Below, one piece after another: positions 54,592-64,000 of a DNA stretch of 64,000 bases; position 1 is the stretch's first letter, and each line of letters starts with the position of its first letter. Source of the stretch: Adineta vaga (Eukaryota > Animalia > Rotifera); contig CP075497.1 of the NCBI GenBank assembly GCA_021613535.1, positions 8,157,488 to 8,221,487 of the forward strand, written 5' to 3'. The position numbers were made by a program, and so were the translations under genes. The notes below the pieces were generated by a model. That model was not told the origin of the DNA, ran no database searches, and saw only the letters and a list, made by a program, of their open reading frames with translations.

Positions 54592-56435
54592 CTAAAACAA
54601 GATGAAATGAGTAATGTAAGAGTAGGAGATAAATAGAATGAGATTTTTACTTGAATAATCTCGAATGTCATCCCATTTTCCATCTTGAATTTCGCATTTT
54701 TGAATACTCATTTGATGAGGAGATGGTGGTAAAGTAAAATTTGGTAAAATAACAATAGCAAGTATACTTCCTAATTGACTAGAAATTATCAAAATAACAT
54801 ATTTATATTCATAAATACTCAGACATTTCTTTATTTCTTACCTCGCTACCATAAAAATACCAGCTACAGTAGCTTCAGGAACTGGATGAGTCCTGAGTAG
54901 AATTTCATAAATGTATTATTTAATGAAGAATAAGTTTTAGAAAAACATACGTTTCAATACTAAGATCCAAACTTAATGGAAGTATAGGTGCATTTGATAA
55001 TCCAGCGATAGCAAAGATCATATATAACCAATAAGATTTAACTTCATTAACAATAAACTAATCATTAATAGAAGAAATAAATATATAGTTACTGATTTAT
55101 TACATAAAGCTTTACTTACTAATCCAATAAACATTAATGAAATAACTCCAATAGAATATAAAATCTTTGTTAATTCTTCTAATTTTCTTGTCTTATCAGC
55201 TATGTATCCCATAAGAATACATCCAATCAAACCAAAAATAATAAAACAACCAATACATAATCCAACTGCAATATTATCATAACCAAATGGACACATAATT
55301 TGTTGTAGTAACGTTGAAAGTGTATTATTATTCGATAAACCAATTCCAACAGTTGCAAATAAAATCAAATAAGATTTCGATGTTATAAGCTAAATAGATC
55401 TTAGTTATCGATCAATTCTGATAAACATCATGTCATACTTTTTTAAAAACTAAATGATATGGAGCTTTGACATCAAGTGCAGCTAAACATGATGGTGTTG
55501 GTGGTAATGATGATCGAACAGTAAATGATAAACCAGCTGCAATAATTGCTGGAATTAATGTTAAATAAAGCTAAATGAAATTTATTTTGAAAACATTATT
55601 TGATTTTAATCAAATGATCTACATACTAATAAAGGTATTCTATGTTCATCTGGAACAATAAGTGGTGGTGTAACAGTACCGATAAAAACACCCAAGAAAT
55701 TTGCTAAAAGTTTTGTATAAACATTCTTCAAAAGTTTCATATTACTTAATACTTACTAGCAAAACAAAGACTATTTGCTAGTGTTCGTTGATGTTCTGGA
55801 AACCAAGCAAAAGCAAATTTAGTTGGAAGAAACAATGTAAACGTTTGTGCAAAAGCACAAATCATTTGTCCTATATAAATTGATTCATACAAGAATATGA
55901 ATAACAACATAAGAAAGATCCTATACCAATAAAAACAATTGGATAACGACCGTTCACCGATACAAATCCCCATGTACTAATCACTCGAAAAGATCCACCG
56001 ATTAAATTCAACCAAACACCTGTTAAAATCTATGAAAACAAATTTGATAAAATTAAAAATGTTCTTTTTCTCTTTGAACAACATACACCAAATCGAATAC
56101 CAAAACGATCAATTGCCCATGTTGATGGTAATGTAAAGATACTACAAATAACCATAAATATAAGTGAAAGCCAATTCACAGCCGCATAGGAAACATCAAA
56201 ATAACTTTTAGCAAAGTTCGCAATCGAAGCAAAATTAATCCATAACTAGGAAAATACAAAAAATTTTCTTTTCATACGACAAGCGAAATTCACTTACAAT
56301 AGAATTTGACATATTTGCCAGACATATACAAACTAAATAAAGCCATCGTCGTTTATAAACTTTAAATTCGAGTGGTGTCACCAAAGGTGTTGGCGACGGT
56401 GGACGAGAATTTACATTATCAATCGAACCGTACAT
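54592..56435 (-). CDS. FLVCR-like MFS transporter (SLC49 family, heme/choline transporter-like), paralog A (gene span, about 8 exons)
   Basis: N-terminal exons: MYGSIDNVNSRPPSPTPLVTPLEFKVYKRRWLYLVCICLANMSNSI / INFASIANFAKSYFDVSYAAVNWLSLIFMVICSIFTLPSTWAIDRFGIRFGVLTGVWLNLIGGSFRVIS / ...FIGQMICAFAQTFTLFLPTKFAFAWFPEHQRTLANSLCFAS. These align with FLVCR1 (RRWVVLLLFSL...[53 protein letters not shown]...[36 protein letters not shown]). The C-terminal half includes ORF 55018..55368 (MCPFGYDNIAVGL...GYIADKTRKLEEL). Confidence 0.75.
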
Positions 56436-56520
56436 CTAGAAAATTACGCAATACTATGAAATAACATATTTTAATCATTGCTGTTGTTTTTTTTCTTTCA
56501 TTTTCGTCATTATAAAAAAT

Positions 56521-58002
56521 ATGATTGACACTCACAAGTTACTCTCGTCTTTATCCGATACAAAAACGAATATTGTCTTATTACTAAATGGATGTTTTAA
56601 TCCAATACATAATAATCATATTCGTCTATTAGAAATTGCACGAGAACATCTGAATTCATTGAATCAATATCATATACTCGGTGGATATGTTTCTCCGACA
56701 CATGATTCAGGTATTCAACGAAAACTATCAACAATTCATGTAACATGGCAGGCTCGTTTAGAAATGTGTTGTTTAGCTGTTCATGATTCATCATGGATCA
56801 TGATTGATGGATGGCAAATAGCACAAGAAAAAAATCCTGGTGCTCAACAATCTAAACAACATTTAAAAGATATTTTAAGTAAATCTTATCCTTCAATTGA
56901 AGTTGTATCAGTATGTGGAGGTGATGCTTTACCAAAATTCAAAGTAACATTTAAAAAAGAATTGGTTGTCAGTATAATTAATCGACCAATTGAAGAATTT
57001 GATTTTGAACAATGGTTTTATTCATCGGCTATTAAACCATTTCATGATAATATTATTCTTATATATGACAAGCAATGTAATAAATATATGAGTAGTACAA
57101 ATGTTCGTCGACGAATCAGCGAGAATCGTTTGGATCTATTGATTGATGATCTTCCTCAGTCGATACTTGATTATCATCGTCAACGAGGTATAACTTATCG
57201 TTCTGTAAATGAAACAATTCTTTGGTCAGAATTAAATGAAAATGAAACTATTGAACTTGGACAAGGTCGTTGTGCCACAGTTTATGCGAAAGAATATAAA
57301 AATCAACAAGTTGCTGTTAAAGTAATTCGTGAACGTAGACAATTTGAAAATGAATTGAAAGTTTTAATATCATTAGTTAATGATTCATCACATCACGTAA
57401 ATATTGTTCAAATATATGGTATTGGTGATCAATTTTGTGTCATGGAAAAATGTGATATTGATCTTCTTTCATATATTCAAAAGAATCGAATTTTAACAAG
57501 TCAAACATTGATAACAATCTTTCCAAATTTGCAATGGCTTAATTTCATTAAACAAATGTTAAATGGATTTGTTCATTTAATTTCACTTGGAATTCTTCAT
57601 CGGGATATAAAAACAGATAATATTCTTCTATCCAATATGATTGTGAAAATATCAGATTTTAGTGTATCAATGAATGTCAATTCAATGACAAAAGTGCCAT
57701 GTAGAGGTTCTATACGTCATTATGCACCTGAAGCTATTGAAGATAAACATGTTTATACAGAAAAATGTGATATTTATACGTTTGGATGCTTACTTTATGA
57801 GATAGTTCATGGTGGACAACGTGTTTGGCATGACATTAGTACATCAGATGTTGTTGGTCGACGATCAAATGGTGAAAAACCGATGTTTTCTGTACAGTGT
57901 GAACCATGGTATATTGATACAGTAGTACATGATTGTTGGGCAATGGATAGTAATGAACGACCGACATTTGAGCAGCTATTAGAAAATATTTCGACGAAAT
58001 AA
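56521..58002 (+). CDS. Intronless fusion protein: N-terminal NMN/NaMN adenylyltransferase (NMNAT)-like domain plus C-terminal protein kinase domain (493 aa)
   Basis: A single uninterrupted ORF. Residues ~16-230 read IVLLLNGCFNPIHNNHIRLLEIAREHL...ILGGYVSPTHDSG...ARLEMCCLAVHDSSWIMIDGWQ...VVSVCGGDALPKF...YMSSTNVRRRISENRLDLLIDDLPQSILDYHRQRGITY. These match NMNAT signature blocks ([58 protein letters not shown]..YI). Residues ~245-490 are a eukaryotic protein kinase domain: LGQGRCATVY (Gly loop), VAVKVI (VAIK), HRDIKTDNILL (catalytic loop), ISDFS (DFG variant DFS), HYAPEA (APE), DIYTFGCLLYEI and CW..D...RPTF. Confidence 0.7.
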   Translation: MIDTHKLLSSLSDTKTNIVLLLNGCFNPIHNNHIRLLEIAREHLNSLNQYHILGGYVSPTHDSGIQRKLSTIHVTWQARLEMCCLAVHDSSWIMIDGWQIAQEKNPGAQQSKQHLKDILSKSYPSIEVVSVCGGDALPKFKVTFKKELVVSIINRPIEEFDFEQWFYSSAIKPFHDNIILIYDKQCNKYMSSTNVRRRISENRLDLLIDDLPQSILDYHRQRGITYRSVNETILWSELNENETIELGQGRCATVYAKEYKNQQVAVKVIRERRQFENELKVLISLVNDSSHHVNIVQIYGIGDQFCVMEKCDIDLLSYIQKNRILTSQTLITIFPNLQWLNFIKQMLNGFVHLISLGILHRDIKTDNILLSNMIVKISDFSVSMNVNSMTKVPCRGSIRHYAPEAIEDKHVYTEKCDIYTFGCLLYEIVHGGQRVWHDISTSDVVGRRSNGEKPMFSVQCEPWYIDTVVHDCWAMDSNERPTFEQLLENISTK

Positions 58003-58814
58003 TTGAAAGAAAGAAAAAAATCATCAGCAGGTTAAGCTTATAATGAAATAAACTACCAATGAAAGAACATAAAATATTATATATGAATAAATTAGCGACA
58101 TCTATTACAAAGTAGTCATTGAATTGAATTTGCTCAAAGTTATAGATAGATAACTAAATAAAATATACAGTATGAGTCAACGTTTGCATAGGTATACAAA
58201 ACAAAAGTTAGACATATAGTATGTTTGTTTCTAAATATTGATGAATCGAAAGCAAGTGTTTCATTAGTAATATGAGACATTGAAAACGAAGCTACTAATT
58301 ATCATATAATGATGAATGTTATAAAAATGATCAATTTGTTTCTAATATAAAGTCGTTTTTTCACTGAAAAATAAACAAGAAAATCTACAGATCATTTCAG
58401 TCGAAATATTTTAATAATAAATCTATTAGTATATTAACTTTATTGAGAAGAATCTTTCTATTATGCGTGTTTCTATTGCCAGCACTTCAAATTTTGTCTG
58501 ATTGTAATAACAAGAATGGCATCTCTGCACTTGTATAGATCAAATATAATAAAATCGATAAGTTCGTAACGATGCAACTAAACTTTAGCTCGTTTATTAT
58601 TATTATCAATTGAATTTACAATACAACAACGAATAGGATTCAATCAAAATATACATCGTTTAAAAAATGAAGTATGATGTAAGGCATACCAAGTTACCGA
58701 AACCGTATCATTCGATAATAAAACAACTTTTGTGCGGATAAATTGCGGACTTTGATAACCTGTATGTGCAACTAAAATGTAAACATGATTAGAACGAGAA
58801 TATATATATACAAT

Positions 58815-59868
58815 TCAAATATCCTTACTTTGTCCAATACCTTCGTAAGCGGGAGGAGAATCAGATTCGTTTTCAAGTGGACGTACAGCTGCGAAAGATA
58901 TTTTACCGTGAGGTATATTACGATCTCCTGAAATCTTTCGAGCAACTATTACATTAGAAACAACTTCTTCACCTGTTGATGGATCATCAGCAACTGGTGG
59001 ACATGTAAGTTCATGATAAAATTCTAAATACAGTAATTCCAAACCATGACCACCATATGATCCTACCCAAAATCCATTTAAACGTGACAATGGATGATTA
59101 TTATCACCAATGGTTGGCTGCGGCAATGAAATTGGATGATACAAAATTGTCGAATGTTCAGAACAACGTTGTATAAAGTAAAGATCTTGTTCATCGGAAT
59201 TCGTCGTTTCATCATGATCATGTAAAATCAATGATGAACGTTCATTGATTGGTAAGGCTTCTTGCGATAGACCAAAATATTGTTTATTTCTATCAAAAGT
59301 TTTTATCCATCGTAATTCAGGATGAGGCATATTACATTCAAAGCAATAGATTTTATCAGATCGGGTATCAATAGTAAATAATTTCGTTCGCATATAAAGT
59401 GGTTGCAAAGATGATTCATTTTCATCTTCATCATCTTCGTCAAAATTAAATTGTCCGTCTTCATGATTTGCATTAAAAGGAACAATCTTCTCTCCAATTA
59501 TATTTCCATCGGATAGATTTAAATATACATGAATTAGACCACCGAAATATAATTCATTTGACTTCCAATAACCAAGATATCGACCATATGGTACCAAAAT
59601 CTTTGTAAATAATCTGAAAGACAATATAATTTCAACTACATTTACGATTTCTTTTCAAATCTAATTATTCTTACTCATAGAAACTTTGTTTCATTTCAGT
59701 CAACGATGCTTTGAGATTATACAATTGATAGCATAATCGTTTCCATATCCGATCATCTCGTGAAACAGATAAAAACAATGTAGAAACACGAGAAAAAGAA
59801 TATAAATCTCTTGGTGAATCAATATGAGTAGCTATTGAAAAGAGAACTTCATATGGTAAATTATTCAT
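58815..59868 (-). CDS. F-box only protein 31-like (FBXO31-like) (2 exons)
   Basis: Exon 1 (ORF 59671..59868) is MNNLPYEVLFSIATHIDSPRDLYSFSRVSTLFLSVSRDDRIWKRLCYQLY, an F-box (LP.E.L..I.....DL..L..V...F). Exon 2 (ORF 58815..59624) contains ...FWVGSYGGHGLELLYLEFY...ISGDRNIPHGKISF. These match the FBXO31 blocks FKGTYGSHGLEIVMLSFHG...ITGDPNIPAGQQTV. Confidence 0.7.
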
Positions 59869-60026
59869 CTAAAATATAAACGTCAATATATCGTATCTGA
59901 ATAAAATAGATCTGTCACAAAATAAACTAGTGTACACAACGTCGTTTATATTTACATTTAAAACACTGAAAATAGAAAAGTGTTACAATGATCATTATAA
60001 ATGCCATTGTATAGAGAGGAACTAAA

Positions 60027-61794
60027 TCAAAAAGAAAATATATCACTTATTTCATTAAGAAGTTTTCGGTTTTTACTTGAATAATTCAATATAGCTAATC
60101 CAGTTTTAGCATCTTTTGAACAAGTTTCAATGGACATTTCACGTTCATTGAGTGAACGAGCAAATTTCGGAAAAATGGTGACCATAAGAATTCCAATGAT
60201 TTGACTAACGAATGATAATAAATAATTCTTTTCATACATCAAAAATATAGTTTTGTTACTTAGACATGACACTAATGCCAATTGCAGTTGCTTCTGGTAT
60301 TGGATAAACACATTCCAGACTTAAATCCATTGATAGTGGTGATAAAGGTATTGATACAAAACCAACGAAAGCAAATGCAAAATAAATTAAATATTTTTCT
60401 ACTCGATAAATAATAAACTAAAAGTAATTTTTTCAAGATTGAATTATTACTCTTCTATGAATAGTCGTCATACCACAACAAGTAGAATATAAGCAGTTGA
60501 ACTTGCAGCATATAAAATCTTAGAAATTTCTTCTAATTTTCCAGTTCGATCAGCCAAATAACCGAATAATAACGATCCTAAACTACCTGCTCCAATAAAC
60601 CATCCCAAAGACAATCCAATAGTAATATTATCATAACCAAATGGACACATGATCTGTTCAACTAATGTTGATAATGTATTGAAACATCCGATAACAATTC
60701 CACAACCAATAAATAAAACAACGAAAGATTTTGATTGGAAAAGCTAAAACAAATAAAACTTAATTCCCCAATGATTCTACATGATTACGCACTCGTTTTA
60801 ATGCCAAAATAAATGATTGTTGAATATGAGTAATTGCTTTACATGATGGCGTAGGTGGTTCAGCTGATCGTATTCCCAAACAAAGTAGAGCAGCAACGAT
60901 AGCAGGTACAACACTTACATACAACTATAAAGATGAATTAAAGCGTTTATTGTAAGATGTGTAAATATTCACTGACTAATAATGGTATTTTGTTGATGTT
61001 TGATACAATCAATGGTGAAAGAATACTACCGATCAGAATGCCGAAAAATCCACCTGAAAATAATCGATAAAAATGGAAATCTTTCAACGAAAGGTAAACA
61101 TACTTCCAATAGCAATTGAATTCGCAAATGAACGTTGATTTTCTGAAAACCATATAAAAGAAAATTTTGTTGGAATAAATAGGATAAACGTTTGTGCAAG
61201 AGCACAAAAACATTGTCCTAAATTCACAATATTTTCGTAATTTGATAAAAAAAAACAATTTCATTTCAAATTTTACCAATCATCAATACAATGAATCGTC
61301 GATTTCTATCAAATATTGACAAAACACTAAAACATCGAATTATACTTCCAATTGCATTCATCCAAGTTCCAATCAATAACTATAAATAGAAACAAAACAA
61401 AAAAAAGCTCTTCGAATGTATTCGTTCGAACGAAAATTATATTTGTCAAACCCCGAAACGAATACCAAGTTTATCAATTAACCATGTTGATGGTAATGTG
61501 AATGGTATTGTGACAAACATATAGATTAAACTCAACCAATTAATTGCATCATAACTAACTTGATAATATTCTGAACCTAAATTAGCAATTGGAGAAAAAT
61601 TTATCCAAATCTACGAATAAATATATTTGATTAATTCAACAAAAATATATTCTATTTACCAATGCATTCGATATCTGAGCTAAACAAACAACAAATAAAT
61701 AAAACCATCGTCGTTTATAAGTTATATATACATGTGAAATATTCTCATGCGTTTCTTCATCTTCCGTTTGACGAAGTTGTTGATAATCACTCAT
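60027..61794 (-). CDS. FLVCR-like MFS transporter (SLC49 family), paralog B, tandem duplicate of paralog A (gene span, about 9 exons)
   Basis: Start is MSDYQQLRQTEDEETHENISHVYITYKRRWFYLFVVCLAQISNAL. Internal exons parallel paralog A, e.g. ORF 60468..60650 (MCPFGYDNITIGLSLGWFIGAGSLGSLLFGYLADRTGKLEEISKILY) against paralog A (MCPFGYDNIAVGLCIGCFIIFGLIGCILMGYIADKTRKLEELTKILY). The C-terminal exon is ORF 60027..60311. Confidence 0.75.
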
Positions 61795-61977
61795 CTAAAA
61801 ACAGTTCTACTCAATCGAATCTTTATTAAAACTGAGTTCATTTTCTCTGCGATTTTATCGTTCTCAAAAGCTTCAAAATAACATTTTTTGTACAATGATC
61901 ATTTTTATCTATGAAAATATTTGAAAATAAAACAAAATAGACAAAAGATGAGAGAGAGAGAAAACGTTCCATATTTT

Positions 61978-62570
61978 CTAATAATGTTCTTCAATTGGAT
62001 TTCCGTCATCGACAAGTCCATGCTCAATCATAGCCTTTTGTCGAAGTTTTTCAATTCGTTCTTTCTTTTCTAAATCTTCTTTTTGTAATTTAAGAATCTC
62101 TTCAATCGATACTTCATAGAGTGGAACACGTAATGGTTTACGGTAATCTAATTCACCAATAAGTAGAACATTCTCTCCTCGAATAACAAATAATCCACGA
62201 GGAATATCTGCATATTGTTGACCAACACAAATACGTTCAAATGCTTGATGAAGAACAAGATTTCCTTTGAAGAAAAGGAAAATTTCAGTTCTATTAATTA
62301 AATACATGGCTAATCCATTGGTTAGAATTTCATATCATATTCTATGAAATCGATCTATTCTTTTCATACATACCAAATTGATCAAGACTTCTTAAGAAAG
62401 CAATTAATGTTCGACCATCACGTAGAATAATCATTAATTGTTCTAAAACAAATTCAATGCATATTTCAATCGAAAATTAAATCGATCGTTGTTCTCTTAC
62501 TATCAATATCATCAACTAAAGTTGCAATACCCGATAAATAAAAATCATTATTAACCATACTCAAATCCAT
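61978..62570 (-). CDS. LSM1: U6 snRNA-associated Sm-like protein LSm1 (gene span, about 3 exons)
   Basis: Exon 1 is MDLSMVNNDFYLSGIATLVDD. Exon 2 is ...[19 protein letters not shown]... The last exon (ORF 61978..62307) is ...GNLVLHQAFERICVGQQYADIPRGLFVIRGENVLLIGELDYRKPLRVPLYEVSIEEILKLQKED. It parallels human LSm1 ([58 protein letters not shown]...QVSIEEILE). Confidence 0.88.
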
Positions 62571-62930
62571 AATTGATTGTGTACGTTTATGCAAATAGAA
62601 ATTGAAATCTGAAAACGAGCAAAGATTTGCTTCTTCGTTTGTATATACATTTGAAAGTTTTCTCTTTCTCTTCTATACATCATTATTCAATCACGTATGT
62701 AACCCACTCCTATAGTATCAATTAGGTTAAACATAAAGCGAAAAAAAACGAACAAGAAGACAGACACTCTCGGTCTTCTTCGTCTGTGTGTCGTCGCTCG
62801 TTTTTTTTTGTGCGTTATATGTAGGCGAAAGATGTACATATAAAAAAAAGTGAAACAACGCAAAAGACGACATAAAAAAAGAAGAGAGAAGTGATAATGT
62901 TATAGATTTCAATCGACAATTTGCACTTAT

Positions 62931-64000
62931 TTGATCATGGGCAATTCGAGAAGTAACTACGAACGACATGAAGATGATGAGCAACAACAACGAATGGTTA
63001 TTGGAAAAGAATTTCGTCTTATTCTTGGACATCTTCAATTATCATCGGATTTAATCAAACGACATAAAATTCTTTTTAATAATAAACAACAACATCATCA
63101 TCATCATCGAGAAATATCATCATCATCATCAAACTCAACAATAACATCATCATCATCGTTTGAGCAACAACATTCATCTGTCTCATTTATTCAACTTGAT
63201 ATTCCGATATCTCCATTTGATTCAAATGAATTCGATACTCATGCATTTATGCAATATCTTTTACAACAAGAATCTTATGGTAAAGAACTTTCACATGTCT
63301 TTAAAATTCCATCAATTCTAACTAATAATCGTAAAATTCGTATGAAAACATTACCAACATTAAAAATTGCTACGGTTTATTATGATCAATCATGTTCAAC
63401 ACATGATTTACACATTGAAGTTCTTTCATTAGAGCATGAAAATGAACTCGAACAAAAAATACAAGAATTTAATGAAAAAAATATCTTATCTATTTACATA
63501 TCAAGTAATTTCTTTTCTATCTCAATCAAATATTCTTCTTAATCTCTTCTCTCTCTCTCTTTCTCTTTTTTTTTAGAATCATCAGCCTATGTAATTTATA
63601 CGAAAAGTTCATCTCTTACTAATAAATATAAAATTATTCGTTCAACAACAATGTCTAAAACAGCACTTGACAACTTTGAATGGCTTCATCCATTTATTGA
63701 CTATTCAAATTTAGGTTATCGTTTATGTGGAATAATTCCTTTTATGAATTGTCCAAGTGAAAATTCTTTTACTATCTATTGGGTATTTGAACAATTCGAA
63801 AGCAATGAAACGATTCAATATGATTATTCTCTTATTGAATATCAATTGAAATCATCGTCATCTCCTGAATGGTTCTCATTACTTAATTTAATGCTGAAAA
63901 AAGAATGGAAATTAGTAGCAACATTCGATTATAATCAAAAGAAGAAGTCTAGTGAACAGACATATTTCTTATTATTTTTTCAAAGAGTAAAAAATTAATG
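62931..64000 (+). CDS. Hypothetical protein (at least 2 exons, runs to the window end). Possible N-myristoylation start (MGNSRS) followed by polyH/polyS tracts
   Basis: ORF 62931..63542 (MIMGNSRSNYERHEDDEQQ...HHHHHREISSSSSNSTITSSSS...). After a gap of about 110 bp, ORF 63651..63998 (MSKTALDNFEWLHPFIDYSNLGYRLCGIIPFMNCPSENSFTIYWVFEQFESNE...). Both are long for this AT-rich DNA and lie on the same strand. The region between them is CT-rich and intron-like. No family was recognised. Confidence 0.3.

Overview
This is eukaryotic nuclear DNA, not prokaryotic. It is AT-rich, has many short GT-AG introns of about 40-70 bp, and carries microsatellites and polyQ/polyH coding tracts. The gene content and style point to a platyhelminth, probably a parasitic flatworm. 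The clearest indicators are two major vault protein genes (absent from nematodes and insects), FLVCR-like heme transporters, a multi-copy amidated-neuropeptide precursor, an intronless orphan rhodopsin-like GPCR, and compact gene clusters with ~70-100 bp spacers. Genes recognised by conserved motifs: 14-3-3, a CXXC-PHD zinc-finger protein, a SUN-domain nuclear-envelope protein, two convergently arranged MVP paralogs, an SLC35E-like transporter, a GPCR, Disabled/Dab, a soluble ACE-like peptidase, HINT, CRIPT, PPIL3, two tandem FLVCR-like MFS transporters, FBXO31-like and LSm1. The three findings I rate highest are: (a) an intronless gene fusing an NMNAT adenylyltransferase domain to a protein-kinase domain, sitting between the two FLVCR paralogs; (b) a neuropeptide prohormone with four KR-flanked X4-KFASGL-Gly copies, plus a second prohormone-like ORF nearby; (c) the tail-to-tail MVP pair. 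The stretch 10.4-26.6 kb is gene-poor and dominated by low-complexity polypurine/polypyrimidine DNA. Coordinates for multi-exon genes are gene spans from start to stop codon including introns. Exon boundaries were inferred by eye from frame continuity and GT..AG sites and are approximate.
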